Part shown: piece by piece, positions 38,266-49,402 of the stretch | How the letters are laid out: each line of letters begins with the position of its first letter | Position numbering within the stretch: position 1 is the first letter of the stretch | Source: Candidatus Parcubacteria bacterium | GTDB lineage: Bacteria > Patescibacteriota > Minisyncoccia > Minisyncoccales > JAGLUP01 | DNA: 64,000 nucleotides | Direction of reading: 5' to 3' | Assembly: GCA_023134715.1 (NCBI GenBank) | Contig: JAGLUP010000003.1 | Location: 99,014 to 163,013, forward strand | Made by a program: the position numbers and the translations under genes | The notes under the pieces: generated by a model | What the model was told of the DNA's origin: nothing | What the model saw: only the letters and a program-made list of their open reading frames with translations | Database searches by the model: none

Positions 38266-39096
38266 ATGGATTTTCCATTAGTATCAGTGGTCATTACAAC
38301 AAAAAACGAGGAAAAAAATATAGAGAATTGTTTGAAGTCGATTTTGCAACAGAATTACTTGTATGATAAAATAGAAATAATTGTTGTTGACAATGATTCA
38401 GGCGATAAAACTAAAGAAATAGCCAAAAGACATACTGACAAGGTTTTTAACAAGGGACCGGAAAGAAGCGCTCAAAGGAATTTTGGAGCAAATAAGGCGC
38501 AGGGCAAATATTATTTGTACTTAGACGCTGATATGATTTTAAGCAAGAATGTAGTGGAAGAATGTGTTGATAAATTGGAGCGAGACAAAGATATTATCGC
38601 CCTTTACATTCCAGAAATTATAATTGGAGATGGTTTTTGGCCTAAAGTTCGCTGTTTTGAAAGAAGCTTTTATAACGCTACAGTTATAGATTGCGTTCGT
38701 TTTATTAGAATCAAAGATTTTTTAATTGTTCAAGGTTTTGACGAATCAATGTCAGGTCCCGAGGATTGGGATTTTGACAAAAAAATTAGAAACAGAGGAA
38801 AAGTAGATATTGCCAAATCAGTGATTTATCACAACGAGGGAGAATTCAATTTAAGAAATTATCTAAAAAAGAAAGCGTACTATATCCAGAGTTTTGATAA
38901 ATATATTGCTAAATGGGGCAAAAATGATAGAGATATAAAAAAACAATTAGGGTTTTATTATCGTTTTTTCGGCATTTTTATAGAAGATGGAAAATGGAAA
39001 AAATTGTTAGCACGCCCAATTTTAACTCTTGGAATGCTCGCTCTTAGATTTATGGTAGGAGTTAATTATTTACTAAATAAAAACAAAAATTTATGA
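38266..39096 (+). CDS. Glycosyltransferase family 2
   Basis: [26 protein letters not shown] ... VVDNDSGD ... LDADM (DxD). Confidence 0.7.
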   Translation: MDFPLVSVVITTKNEEKNIENCLKSILQQNYLYDKIEIIVVDNDSGDKTKEIAKRHTDKVFNKGPERSAQRNFGANKAQGKYYLYLDADMILSKNVVEECVDKLERDKDIIALYIPEIIIGDGFWPKVRCFERSFYNATVIDCVRFIRIKDFLIVQGFDESMSGPEDWDFDKKIRNRGKVDIAKSVIYHNEGEFNLRNYLKKKAYYIQSFDKYIAKWGKNDRDIKKQLGFYYRFFGIFIEDGKWKKLLARPILTLGMLALRFMVGVNYLLNKNKNL

Positions 39097-40124
39097 AAAA
39101 AGCGTTAATAACAGGCGCTACAGGCCAAGACGGCTCATATTTAGCTGAATTACTTTTAGAAAAAGGATATAAGGTTTATGGTATTCAAAGACGCGCTAGT
39201 ACTTTTAACACTAATCGCATTAATCACTTATACGATAGACCCGAATATCCAAATTTTGAGACCTTTTATGGCGATTTAACCGACACAGGCAATATTATTA
39301 AACTTATAAATCAAATTAAGCCCGATGAAATTTATCACTTAGCAGCTCAAAGTCATGTTCGAGTTAGTTTTGATATGCCGGAATATACAGCCAATACTGA
39401 TGCCTTAGGGACTCTACGGATTCTTGAAGCAATAAAAAACTCTGGCCGACCCATAAAATTTTATCAGGCCTCGTCTAGCGAAATGTTTGGCACTTCTCCA
39501 CCGCCTCAAAATGAAAAAACTCCTTTTCATCCAAGAAGTCCTTATGCGGTTTCAAAAGTTTTCGCTTATCATATAACTCGGCTTTATAGAGAAGCATATG
39601 GAATTTTTGCGTGTAATGGAATTTTGTTTAATCATGAAAGTGAGCGTCGAGGCGAGACCTTTGTCACCCGTAAAATAACAAGAGGATTAGTCAGAATAAA
39701 ATTAGGTATAGATGATAAATTGTATTTAGGGAATTTAAATGCAAAGAGAGATTGGGGTTATGCAGAAGAATATGTTGAATGCATGTGGCGTATGCTCCAA
39801 CAAGACAAAGCAGATGATTGTGTTATTGCTACTGGTGAGTCGCATTCAGTAAGAGAATTTACTGAAGAAGCGGCAAAGCTTTTAGGATTTAATTTGGCGT
39901 GGCAGGGAGCCGATTTGAAAGAAAAAGGGATTGATAGAAAGACAAGTAAAACAATTATTGAAATTGACCCGGTTTACTTTCGGCCAGCCGAAGTGGAGGT
40001 TTTGATAGGTGATGCCTCTAAAGCAAAAGAAAAATTAGGATGGATGCCTAAGACAAAATTTAAAGAATTGACAAGAATTATGATTGAGGCCGATTACAAT
40101 AATGAAAAAAGGAACTTAAAATGA
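39093..40124 (+). CDS. gmd: GDP-mannose 4,6-dehydratase
   Basis: [65 protein letters not shown]. Near-canonical GMD motifs. Confidence 0.85.
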   Translation: MKKALITGATGQDGSYLAELLLEKGYKVYGIQRRASTFNTNRINHLYDRPEYPNFETFYGDLTDTGNIIKLINQIKPDEIYHLAAQSHVRVSFDMPEYTANTDALGTLRILEAIKNSGRPIKFYQASSSEMFGTSPPPQNEKTPFHPRSPYAVSKVFAYHITRLYREAYGIFACNGILFNHESERRGETFVTRKITRGLVRIKLGIDDKLYLGNLNAKRDWGYAEEYVECMWRMLQQDKADDCVIATGESHSVREFTEEAAKLLGFNLAWQGADLKEKGIDRKTSKTIIEIDPVYFRPAEVEVLIGDASKAKEKLGWMPKTKFKELTRIMIEADYNNEKRNLK

Positions 40125-41068
40125 TTAATTTTAAAAATAAAAAAATTTTTGTGGCTGGAGGTACAGGATTTTTGGGAAAAAGGATTGTTAAAAGATTAAA
40201 AGAAGAGAGAATGGATTTCGTAACTACTTCCCTAAGTATGGGAGTTGATTTTCGGGATAAAAGACAAATAGAAAAGTTTTTTGAGAAAGAAAGACCTGAA
40301 ATTATTATCAATTGTGCCGCTTATGTTGGGGGTATAAAATTTGGCTTAGAGCACGAAGGAGAGATTTTTTATAATAATGCTTTAATAAATACAAATTTAA
40401 TTGAATGTGCAAGGAAATATAATATAAAGAGATATATTAATCCTATTTCTAATTGCTCTTATCCGGATGTAGTTCAAAAGGATTTTAAAGAAGAGGAATG
40501 GTGGGATGGTCCCTTGCATCCATCTGTTTTAGTTTATGGTTTTATCAAAAAAGCCACCTGGGTACAATCTTATGCCTATCATAATCAATATAAAATGGAT
40601 TTTATTAATTTTTTAGTTCCCAATATGTATGGACCCAATGACCATTTTAATGAAGTAAGGTCGCATGCATTAGGAGCTTTGGTTATGAAAGTTGTTAAAG
40701 CTGAAGAAGAAAATTTACCAGAAGTAATTATTTGGGGAACAGGCGAACCAATTAGAGAATGGCTCTATATTGATGATTGCGTGGAGGCGTTTATCAGAGC
40801 ATTAGAGATTCCGTCCGCGATAGAGCTCATTAATATTGGTCAAGGTAAGGGAATATCAATCGGAGAATTAGCAAAGATGATAAAGGAAATCGTTGGTTAC
40901 AAGGGTAAATTAGTTTTTGATATCTCCAAGCCAGATGGCGCTCCTTATAAAGTAATGAATGTTGAGCGAATGGAAAAAATATTTAATTGGCTGCCTCCAA
41001 CAAAATTAGAGAACGGGATTAAAAAAACAGTAGATTGGTATTACAAAAACATAATTAATAATAATTAA
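40121..41068 (+). CDS. fcl: GDP-L-fucose synthase (GDP-4-keto-6-deoxymannose 3,5-epimerase/4-reductase), Fcl/WcaG-like
   Basis: [25 protein letters not shown], and Fcl-like spacing; ATGA start overlap with gmd. Confidence 0.65.
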   Translation: MINFKNKKIFVAGGTGFLGKRIVKRLKEERMDFVTTSLSMGVDFRDKRQIEKFFEKERPEIIINCAAYVGGIKFGLEHEGEIFYNNALINTNLIECARKYNIKRYINPISNCSYPDVVQKDFKEEEWWDGPLHPSVLVYGFIKKATWVQSYAYHNQYKMDFINFLVPNMYGPNDHFNEVRSHALGALVMKVVKAEEENLPEVIIWGTGEPIREWLYIDDCVEAFIRALEIPSAIELINIGQGKGISIGELAKMIKEIVGYKGKLVFDISKPDGAPYKVMNVERMEKIFNWLPPTKLENGIKKTVDWYYKNIINNN

Positions 41069-41074
41069 TACACT

Positions 41075-41485
41075 ATGAATCAAGAATTAATTAAGGATGG
41101 TGATTTATTAATAGCTAAAATAATAAAAAATCAGGAATGGCCAAAAAACTTACAATTTTATTCCGAAGACAAAGATTTTTTGCAAGTTGCTACTTGGAAC
41201 TATAATACAGGAAAACATTTAAAAGCTCACGGTCATAAAATCTGCCAAAGAATTTCAAATAGAACTAATGAGATATTATTTATTAAAAGCGGTAGAGTTA
41301 AGGCTTATTTTTATAGTGAAGAAGATGAATTAATTACTGAGAAAGAACTAAATAAAGGCGATATAGCAATAATTTATGCCGGCGGCCACGCTTATGACAT
41401 CTTAGAAAATAAAACCCAGGTTTTAGAAATTAAAAACGGTCCCTATCTGGGCTTAGAAAAAGATAAAAAAATCATTGAAAAATAA
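41075..41485 (+). CDS. Small cupin-fold protein, hypothetical
   Basis: 136 aa; HGHKI ... GGHAY cupin-like His motifs. Confidence 0.3.
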   Translation: MNQELIKDGDLLIAKIIKNQEWPKNLQFYSEDKDFLQVATWNYNTGKHLKAHGHKICQRISNRTNEILFIKSGRVKAYFYSEEDELITEKELNKGDIAIIYAGGHAYDILENKTQVLEIKNGPYLGLEKDKKIIEK

Positions 41486-41491
41486 AAACAT

Positions 41492-42607
41492 ATGCCAAAA
41501 CAAAAATTTATCAGCCAAATGGAGCCTTGGTATGACGATAATGAAATAGAAGCAGTCACAGAATATTTAAAAAGCGGTGGCTGGATTACAGAATTTAAAA
41601 AGACCAGAGAATTGGAACAAATGATAGCAGAATATGTAGGAGCTAAATTTTGCTCCATTCTTCCTAATGGAACCTTAACATTGTGGGCTGCCTTAGCTGT
41701 TTTAGGTATAAGTAAAGGAGACGAAGTTATTGTGCCAGATTATACTATGGTAGCTACGGTCAATGCCGTTGTTTTAACTGGCGCAAGGCCTGTTTTTGTT
41801 GATATTGATAGAAAAAATTTATGCTTGGACTTTGATTTAACCAAAAAAGCTATTATTCCTAAAACAAAAGCTATAATACTGGTAACCATTAACGGGCGTT
41901 ATCCGAAAATTGAGCGATTTGTAAAATTGGCTGAAGAAAATAATTTGTATTTAATTGAAGATGCGGCTCAGTCATTTGGTTCTGCCTATAAAGGGAAACA
42001 TCTAGGCACTTTTGGAATTATGGGCAGTTACTCCTTTAGCATGCCCAAGATTATAACTATGGGGCAGGGGGGAGCTTTAGTGACGGATAACGAACAAGCA
42101 TACAAGAAGCTTTTAAAATTTAAAGATTTTGGCAGGAGTGGTGGAGGGTCTGATGATTATGAAATTTTAGGTTGTAATTTAAAATTTACAGATTTACAAG
42201 CTGTTTTTGGGATAGAACAAATGAAAAAATTAGAATGGCGAGTTAAACGTAAAAAAGAAATATATAAATTATATCAGGAAGGATTGAAAGATATAAAAGA
42301 AGTAGAATTTATTCCTACTAATTTAGAAGATACCACTCCTTGGTTTATTGATATTTTAGTTCCAGACTCAGATGATTTAGCAGAATATCTAAAGGAGAAC
42401 AATATTGGCAGTCGAAAATTTTATCCAGCCCTTCATAATTTGCCTTTTTATAATATTGAAGGTGATTTTCCAATTACTGCTTACATTTCTGAACACGGTT
42501 TATGGTTACCTTCATCAAGCAAATTACAAGATGAAGAGGTAAAATATATTTGTGATAAAATAAAAAACTACTTCTATCTTAAATCAACCAACAATAAAAA
42601 TGGATAA
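41492..42607 (+). CDS. DegT/DnrJ/EryC1-family PLP-dependent sugar aminotransferase
   Basis: GDEVIVPDYT, LIEDAAQSFG, YSFSMPKIITMGQGG (Lys present). Confidence 0.75.
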   Translation: MPKQKFISQMEPWYDDNEIEAVTEYLKSGGWITEFKKTRELEQMIAEYVGAKFCSILPNGTLTLWAALAVLGISKGDEVIVPDYTMVATVNAVVLTGARPVFVDIDRKNLCLDFDLTKKAIIPKTKAIILVTINGRYPKIERFVKLAEENNLYLIEDAAQSFGSAYKGKHLGTFGIMGSYSFSMPKIITMGQGGALVTDNEQAYKKLLKFKDFGRSGGGSDDYEILGCNLKFTDLQAVFGIEQMKKLEWRVKRKKEIYKLYQEGLKDIKEVEFIPTNLEDTTPWFIDILVPDSDDLAEYLKENNIGSRKFYPALHNLPFYNIEGDFPITAYISEHGLWLPSSSKLQDEEVKYICDKIKNYFYLKSTNNKNG

Positions 42608-43781
42608 TCAAAAAGATAAGAATTTTTCGGAGTCTAAGTTTTTAATAATTACTCATACATTTGCCACGGGCCCTGCTCAGGAGTTAAGAGATTTTTTTAT
42701 TAAAAATAAAATATCTTTTTCTTTTTTGGAGCACCCTTTTTCTTTTAATAAAAATCAGCGTCGATCAAAAATAACATTTTTTAAAAAAGGAAAAGAAAAA
42801 TTTTTTTTTGAAGGAATAAAGATAAATGGTCCAGATTTATTTCACTTTGTTAAAGATTTTTTTTATACGATTTATTTTATTTTTAAAACAAGAGAAAAAT
42901 ATAATATTTGTGTTGCCGCCGATAATTTGAATACGTTTTCTGCATGGTTTCTAAAGAAATTTGGTTATATTGATAAACTGATTTATTGGACAATAGACTA
43001 TACTCCCAAAAGATTTGAGAATAAATTTTTTAATGAAACTTACCACTGGATGGACAGATTCTGTTGTTATAGGGCTTACCTTACTTGGAATAGCTCCAAA
43101 AGAATGAAAGAAGCAAGAAGAAAGAATGGGGTTGATATTAAAAGATGTGCAGAAGAAATAATTGTTCAAGACGGCTGTCATTTTGAAGAGATAGAAAGAA
43201 TATCAAACGAAAAGGCAAATAGATTTAAATTGGTATTTATGGGACATTTGGCAGAGAACAAAGGAATTGATTTGATTATTAAATCTATGCCTGATTTATT
43301 GAAGGAATATCGCCGAATAACACTAACCATTATTGGGACAGGACCTGAAGAGAAGAATCTGAAAGATTTGGTTCAAGGATTAAACATTCAGGACAGGGTT
43401 TCCTTTACCGGTTTTATAAAAGACCACAAAGAATTGGAAAAAATAATTGCTTCTTGCGGAATTGCTTTAGCCCCCTATCTCCCTGACCCAAACAGTTATA
43501 CTTTTTTTTCTGATGTTGGGAAGGTAAAGATTTATTTAGCCTGTGGCCTACCTGTTTTGATAACAGATGTGCCCGAGGTTGCTCAAGAGTTACAGAGAGA
43601 AAAAGCAGGTTTAATCTTTGATTATAGCAAAGAAGACTTAAGCAAAAAGGTTGGTTATTTATTAGAGAATAAGGGTATATATTTTCAATATAGGGCCAAC
43701 GCAATTAAATTTGCTCAGGGTTCAAGCTGGGATAGAGTTTTTAGCGATGCTTTAAATAAAACATTTAACATAATTTATTAA
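42600..43781 (+). CDS. Glycosyltransferase family 4
   Basis: C-terminal Glycos_transf_1 region (MGHLAENKGIDLII ... ACGLPVLITDVPEVAQEL). Confidence 0.7.
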   Translation: MDNQKDKNFSESKFLIITHTFATGPAQELRDFFIKNKISFSFLEHPFSFNKNQRRSKITFFKKGKEKFFFEGIKINGPDLFHFVKDFFYTIYFIFKTREKYNICVAADNLNTFSAWFLKKFGYIDKLIYWTIDYTPKRFENKFFNETYHWMDRFCCYRAYLTWNSSKRMKEARRKNGVDIKRCAEEIIVQDGCHFEEIERISNEKANRFKLVFMGHLAENKGIDLIIKSMPDLLKEYRRITLTIIGTGPEEKNLKDLVQGLNIQDRVSFTGFIKDHKELEKIIASCGIALAPYLPDPNSYTFFSDVGKVKIYLACGLPVLITDVPEVAQELQREKAGLIFDYSKEDLSKKVGYLLENKGIYFQYRANAIKFAQGSSWDRVFSDALNKTFNIIY

Positions 43782-43783
43782 AT

Positions 43784-44719
43784 ATGATAAATCAGGAATT
43801 ATTACAATATCTTTGTTGTCCGAGATGTAAGTCTGCCTTGACAGAACAGGATATTTTTTTGGTTTGCGAGAAATGTGGGCAAAAATATGAAATAATAGAC
43901 GAAAATATTGTTAAAATTATTCCTAATTTAACTCAGGACTTAGAATTATCAATTCAAAAATGGGATGAGTTTTATCAGAAACAATTAAGAGATAAGTCTT
44001 GCTTTAAAGAAAGAGAGGACTATTTAGATAATTTTTTTGAAGACGAATACCGACAAATAAACGAGTATAAAAAAATTAATAACGACTTGGTGTTTTTAGA
44101 AGTAGGTTGCGGTCCAATGATTTTCGGACAGAAAATAGCTAATCAATGCCGCTTAGTAATTGGTATTGATTTTAGTCCTACTGCTCTAAAAATTGCTAAA
44201 AGAATGTTGGAAGCCAAAGGCATAAAAAATTACCTATTAATACAAGGAGATATTCTGAATATGCCGATTAAAACAAACACAGTTGATTTAATATATGGTG
44301 GCGGAGTAATAGAACATTTTAAAAATACACAAACTTGTATTAATGAATTATACAGAGTTCTAAAAGAAGACGGAGTGAGCTTTAATACTGTTCCGTATTT
44401 GAATCTCGGTTCATTAACTTATAGACAGATTTGGGGAAATATTCCTAATTTTCCAGTTTTAAAACAGTTAGCTGAATTTATCCATATAAAATTATTAAAA
44501 AAGCGGCATATGATTTTTGGCTACGAGTTATCTTTTTTAGGTTCTACTCTTAAAAAAATGCACAGAAAAGTTGGATTTAAAGAAATCTATGTTGATAAAT
44601 TTAAAGTAAAATTATCTTTCGATTTTATTCCTACTGAATTTTTAAAGAAAATTTGTATTAAAATAGCTAATAACAGCAGGTTGTTTTGGCCGATGATAAA
44701 AGTTATAGCTAAAAAATAA
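43784..44719 (+). CDS. Class I SAM-dependent methyltransferase with N-terminal Trm112-like zinc-ribbon
   Basis: CPRCKSAL...CEKCGQKY (CxxC..CxxC ribbon), then LEVGCGPM motif I. Confidence 0.6.
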   Translation: MINQELLQYLCCPRCKSALTEQDIFLVCEKCGQKYEIIDENIVKIIPNLTQDLELSIQKWDEFYQKQLRDKSCFKEREDYLDNFFEDEYRQINEYKKINNDLVFLEVGCGPMIFGQKIANQCRLVIGIDFSPTALKIAKRMLEAKGIKNYLLIQGDILNMPIKTNTVDLIYGGGVIEHFKNTQTCINELYRVLKEDGVSFNTVPYLNLGSLTYRQIWGNIPNFPVLKQLAEFIHIKLLKKRHMIFGYELSFLGSTLKKMHRKVGFKEIYVDKFKVKLSFDFIPTEFLKKICIKIANNSRLFWPMIKVIAKK

Positions 44720-44724
44720 TAAAA

Positions 44725-45825
44725 ATGGGTATTCCTATTGTTAAACCAATAATTAAAGAAGAGGAAATTAGAGCAGTGGAGGAAGTTTTAAGCTCTGGAA
44801 TAATTGCTCAAGGACCAAAAGTTGCTGAATTTGAAAAAAAATTTGCTGATTTTTGTGGAACGAAATATGCTGTTGCGGTTAATAGCGGAACAGCTGCCTT
44901 GCACTGCGCAATGCGCGCTTGCGGCATTAAAAAAGGTGATGAGATTATTACTACTCCGTTTACCTTTGTGGCTACTGCTAATTCTATTATAATGCAAGAC
45001 GCAAGACCTGTTTTTGTTGATATATACTTAGATACTTTTAATATTGATTCAGCTAAAATAGAAAAAAAAATTACTAAAAAAACTAAAGCGATTTTGTCGG
45101 TTGATTTGTATGGACAGATTTACAATGTAAACGTTATAAAGAAAATAGCAGAAAAATACAATTTAAAAATTATTGAGGATGCGTGTCAGGCCGTAGGAGG
45201 AGAATTTAATCACAAGAAAGCAGGCAGTTTTGGAGACGCAGGAGTTTTTTCTTTTTATGCTACTAAAAGTATGACGACTGGAGAAGGCGGGATGTTGGCT
45301 ACTAATAACGAAAGCATTGCGGAATTAGCAAAGAGATTCAGACATCATGGCCAATCAGAACAAACTCGGTATCAGTATTTTGATTTAGGATTTAATTATC
45401 GTATGACAGACATAGCTGCCGCTATAGGCATAGAACAGCTTAAAAAAATAGATGATTTTAATGAAAAAAGGATTAAGAACGCAAAAATATTAACAGAGGG
45501 GTTGAGGAATATTAAGGGATTAATAACTCCAACAGTAAAGGATAACTATAAACATGTTTTTCATCAATATACGATTAGGGTAGCTGATGAATTTAAATTA
45601 AGCAGAGATGAGCTTTCTCGATATTTTAAAGAAAAAGGCATTGGAAGCGCAATTTTTTATCCTAAACCATTACATCTTTATCCTTATTTTGAAAAGTTTG
45701 GCTATAAAGAAGGCGATTTTCCTATAGCAGAAAAAGCCAGCAGAGAGGTTTTATCTTTACCTGTTCACCCTCTTGTTTCTGAGGAAGATATAAGATTTAT
45801 TATTAAAACAATACAAGAAATTTAA
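44725..45825 (+). CDS. DegT/DnrJ/EryC1-family aminotransferase (WbpE/PglE-like keto-sugar aminotransferase)
   Basis: GDEIITTPFTF, IIEDACQAVG, FSFYATKSMTTGEGG (Lys present), HHGQ. Confidence 0.8.
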   Translation: MGIPIVKPIIKEEEIRAVEEVLSSGIIAQGPKVAEFEKKFADFCGTKYAVAVNSGTAALHCAMRACGIKKGDEIITTPFTFVATANSIIMQDARPVFVDIYLDTFNIDSAKIEKKITKKTKAILSVDLYGQIYNVNVIKKIAEKYNLKIIEDACQAVGGEFNHKKAGSFGDAGVFSFYATKSMTTGEGGMLATNNESIAELAKRFRHHGQSEQTRYQYFDLGFNYRMTDIAAAIGIEQLKKIDDFNEKRIKNAKILTEGLRNIKGLITPTVKDNYKHVFHQYTIRVADEFKLSRDELSRYFKEKGIGSAIFYPKPLHLYPYFEKFGYKEGDFPIAEKASREVLSLPVHPLVSEEDIRFIIKTIQEI

Positions 45826-45827
45826 AT

Positions 45828-46787
45828 ATGTCTAAATTAAATGTTGCGGTTATTGGAGTCGGCAATATGGGGAAAAATCATGTGCGGGCGTATTCTGAAA
45901 TTTCCAAAGTGCGGTTAGTGGCTATTTCAGACCTGAATGAAATGTTGGGCAATACTTTATCTAACGAGTTTAATGTGAAATATTATAAAAATTACAAAAA
46001 AATGCTTGATGTAAAAAATCCTGATATTGTTTCGGTTTGCGTTCCAACTTCGCTGCACTATGGAATTGCTAAAGAATGCGTTAAAATGGGAGTTAATGTG
46101 TTGTTGGAAAAGCCAATCGCAATGGATATATCTGATGCTGAAAAACTTTTAAAATTGGTTGAAGAGAATAACATAAAATTTTTAGTAGGACACATAGAAA
46201 GATATAATCCAGTAGTTAAGAAAACAAAAGAAATTATTGAGAGAGGAGATTTGGGTAAAATTACTGCGATTATAGCTCGTAGAGTTGGCGGTTTTCCTCC
46301 ACAAATTAAAGATGCTAATATCGCTGTGGATTTAGCAATTCATGACATTGATATTATAAATTATTTATTAGATGATTTGCCGGTTGAGTCATTAGTGAAT
46401 AAACAAAAGAATCATATCAAAAAAAGAGAGGATTCTGTTGAGTTTTTCTTAAAATATAAACAATCTTCAGCATATATTCAAGCAAACTGGATTACTCCAG
46501 TAAAAATAAGAAAATTAAACATTACTGGTTCTGAAGGATATTTAGAAATGGACTATATTAATCAACAGATAGAATTTTATAAAAGCAATTATGATAAATT
46601 TAAAGAAACATCTATGGATTTTTCCGATTATATCTTGCGTTTTTCGGCTCCTGATAAAATAAATATTTCTGTTGCGAAAAAAGAACCGTTAAAAGAAGAA
46701 ATTTTATATTTTATCAATTGCGTTGAAAATAATATTAAAATTGATTCAAGGTTTGCGCTTGAAGCCCTGAGAATAGCGTTAACCTAA
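45828..46787 (+). CDS. Gfo/Idh/MocA-family NAD(P)-dependent oxidoreductase (WbpB-like sugar-nucleotide 3-dehydrogenase candidate)
   Basis: MSKLNVAVIGVGNMGKNHVRAY N-terminal Rossmann; EKP motif (LLEKPIAM). Confidence 0.7.
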   Translation: MSKLNVAVIGVGNMGKNHVRAYSEISKVRLVAISDLNEMLGNTLSNEFNVKYYKNYKKMLDVKNPDIVSVCVPTSLHYGIAKECVKMGVNVLLEKPIAMDISDAEKLLKLVEENNIKFLVGHIERYNPVVKKTKEIIERGDLGKITAIIARRVGGFPPQIKDANIAVDLAIHDIDIINYLLDDLPVESLVNKQKNHIKKREDSVEFFLKYKQSSAYIQANWITPVKIRKLNITGSEGYLEMDYINQQIEFYKSNYDKFKETSMDFSDYILRFSAPDKINISVAKKEPLKEEILYFINCVENNIKIDSRFALEALRIALT

Positions 46788-46795
46788 TTAAATTT

Positions 46796-47863
46796 ATGAA
46801 AAGAATACTTACTACAGGAGCTGGTGGTTCCCCGTCCACAAATTTTATAAGATCTATTCGCGCAATGAACAAAAAAATTTTCATTATTGGCACAGATTCA
46901 AATGAATTTTATTTAAACAGGTCAGAGGCGGATAAATCTTATTTGGCCCCATTTTGTAATTCTGAAAAATATTTTGATTTTCTAAATTATTTAATTGAAA
47001 AGCATAATTTAGAATTTATGCACATTCAGAATGATAGCGAGATGGAAGTGGTATCGAAATTTCGAGAAAAATTGAATATTAAATTGTTTTTACCATCAAA
47101 AGAAACAGTTGCTTGTTGTATGAATAAATATGAAACATACAAAAAATGGCTGGAAAACGGAATAAAAGTCCCTAAAACTTATTTTTTAAACAACGTAGAT
47201 GATTTAAAGAATGCTTATAAGCTTTTAGGAAATAAAATTTGGCTGAGAGAAATATCAGGCGCTGGAGGAAAAGGTTCTTTGGCTCCAAAAAATTTCAATC
47301 AAGCTAAAATATGGATTGATTTTAAAGAAGGTTGGGGGAAATTTACCGCAGCCGAACTTTTAACTTCGAATTCTATTACATGGATGTCTATTTGGAATAA
47401 GGGAGAGTTAGTTGTGGCGCAGGGACGAAAACGATTATATTGGGAATTAGGAAAGGTTTCTCCTTCTGGCATTAGTGGAGTAACTGGGGCTGGAATAACT
47501 GTTAGCGATTCCGAGTTGGATAGGCTTGCTATTAAAAGTATAAAGAGTATTGATTCTATTCCGGATGGAATTTTTTCTGTTGATTTTACTTATGATTTTT
47601 CAAAAATTCCTAATCCAACAGAAATTAATATAGGGCGTTTTTTTACAACTCATGAATTTTTTACAAAAGCAGGATTAAACATGCCAGAGATATATATTAA
47701 ATTAGCCTATGGGGAACCTCTACCCAAGATTTCTAAAAAAATTAATCCCCTTGAAAATGGATTAATTTGGATTAGAGGAGTAGATTTTTTGCCAGTTTTG
47801 ACAAGAAAGTCAAAATTAGAAAAAGATCGCAAAATAATGAATAATATTTTAAAGGAATTATAA
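46796..47863 (+). CDS. ATP-grasp-fold ligase (candidate amino-acid/acyl ligase acting on a sugar intermediate)
   Basis: Pre-ATP-grasp N-domain, LREISGAGGKGS glycine-rich loop, ~355 aa. Family assigned from fold pattern only. Confidence 0.45.
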   Translation: MKRILTTGAGGSPSTNFIRSIRAMNKKIFIIGTDSNEFYLNRSEADKSYLAPFCNSEKYFDFLNYLIEKHNLEFMHIQNDSEMEVVSKFREKLNIKLFLPSKETVACCMNKYETYKKWLENGIKVPKTYFLNNVDDLKNAYKLLGNKIWLREISGAGGKGSLAPKNFNQAKIWIDFKEGWGKFTAAELLTSNSITWMSIWNKGELVVAQGRKRLYWELGKVSPSGISGVTGAGITVSDSELDRLAIKSIKSIDSIPDGIFSVDFTYDFSKIPNPTEINIGRFFTTHEFFTKAGLNMPEIYIKLAYGEPLPKISKKINPLENGLIWIRGVDFLPVLTRKSKLEKDRKIMNNILKEL

Positions 47864-47865
47864 TT

Positions 47866-48771
47866 ATGAATATTTTAATAACAGGGGGCAATGGGCATCT
47901 TGGAAGAGTATTATTAAAAAAAATTTCAAATAGAAATTATAATATTTTTGTTTTAGACAAAGAAAAATCGATAAAGCAAGTTAAAAATATAAAATATATC
48001 CAAGCAGATATTTCTCAGAAGAGAGAGTTGTATAAATATAAAAATCTATTTAAGAAAATAGATGTTCTCATGCATTTGGCTGCTTATGTTCCCAAAGAAC
48101 AAAAACTTGATGATATTTATAAAAGTATAGATATTAACCTAAGAGGATCAATAAATTTAATTAATTTATTGAAAGAAAAGAGTAAATTTATTTATGCCAA
48201 TACTTTGGAAATTTATACAGTTTTTAGTAAACATATCATAGATGAAAATTTGTCCAACGAACCTCCTTCTTATTATGCGATTAGTAAATTATTTGCTGAA
48301 AGATATTTAGAAATTATTTGTAAGAAAAAAAATATTAAATTTGTTTCTCTAAGATTTGGTAGCATCTATGGACCAGGAGAAAAAATTCAGAGAGCAATTC
48401 CTAATTTTATTAAATCAGGAATAAGAAATGATGATATTATAATATTTGGAAATGGACAAGAAAAGAGACAGTTTTTATATATAGAAGACGCAGCTCGATC
48501 AATAATTAAAGCAATTAAGTATAGGAAAAGTAATATCTTTAATATTTCTTCAGAAGAAAATATTAATATTTTAAATTTAGCTAAGTTGATAATAAAAATT
48601 TCTAAATCTAAATCAAGAATTATTTTTAAACCAAGAGTTAAAGAAAAAAGAGATTTAGTTTTTAGTATAAGAAAAGCAGAAAGAGAATTAAAATTTCATC
48701 CTATTTTTAAGTTAAACCAAGGATTAGAAAAAGAAATAGAATATTTTAAAAAATGTTTAGATTTAATATAA
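47866..48771 (+). CDS. NAD-dependent epimerase/dehydratase (extended SDR)
   Basis: MNILITGGNGHLGRVL, YAISK (YxxxK); very AT/Lys-rich. Confidence 0.6.
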   Translation: MNILITGGNGHLGRVLLKKISNRNYNIFVLDKEKSIKQVKNIKYIQADISQKRELYKYKNLFKKIDVLMHLAAYVPKEQKLDDIYKSIDINLRGSINLINLLKEKSKFIYANTLEIYTVFSKHIIDENLSNEPPSYYAISKLFAERYLEIICKKKNIKFVSLRFGSIYGPGEKIQRAIPNFIKSGIRNDDIIIFGNGQEKRQFLYIEDAARSIIKAIKYRKSNIFNISSEENINILNLAKLIIKISKSKSRIIFKPRVKEKRDLVFSIRKAERELKFHPIFKLNQGLEKEIEYFKKCLDLI

Positions 48772-49376
48772 TTTTTGATTTAGACGGAACTTTGATTGAT
48801 ATTGATGACCGTTGGTATAGCCTGCACTTTGATTTATCTAAAATTTATAAGTATAAACCGTTGCCTAAAAGAAAGTATATTGAATTAAAAAGAAACAAAA
48901 TAAGCGAGAGAAATATAATAAAGAAAACGAATATTTCTCCTGGAAAAATGAACAGTTATCTTATAGAAAGGATCAATCTTATTGAAACAAGAAAATATTT
49001 AAGAAAAGATAAATTAAAACCAAAAGTAGACGCATTATTAAAGAAGTTAAGTCAATCCTATATTTTAATATTATTAACCAAGAGAAGAAAACAGAGAAAT
49101 TGTCAAGAAGAGATTAATCATTTGGGTATAAGAAAATATTTTTTAAAAATTATAGTTGCTAGTTCAATATCAAAAGATCAAGCTGTTAGAAAATTTTTGG
49201 GCAAATCATTTTATAAAAAATCTTTACTGATAGGCGATACAGAAGAAGATTTTGCCGCCGCAGAGAAACTGGGAATAAAGTGCATATTAGTTTGCGACGG
49301 TAGCCGCAGTAGAGAATATTTGCTTAGCTTAAAGCCCGATTATATATTTAATAAGATTAATCAGATTAATTTTTGA
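48753..49376 (+). CDS. HAD-superfamily hydrolase/phosphatase
   Basis: IIFDLDGTLID (motif I DxDGT); later LLTKR and GDTEEDF (motif IV-like). Confidence 0.6.
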   Translation: MFRFNIIFDLDGTLIDIDDRWYSLHFDLSKIYKYKPLPKRKYIELKRNKISERNIIKKTNISPGKMNSYLIERINLIETRKYLRKDKLKPKVDALLKKLSQSYILILLTKRRKQRNCQEEINHLGIRKYFLKIIVASSISKDQAVRKFLGKSFYKKSLLIGDTEEDFAAAEKLGIKCILVCDGSRSREYLLSLKPDYIFNKINQINF

Positions 49377-49402
49377 ATAACAAAATATTTTTTTAAGCAA
49401 TA

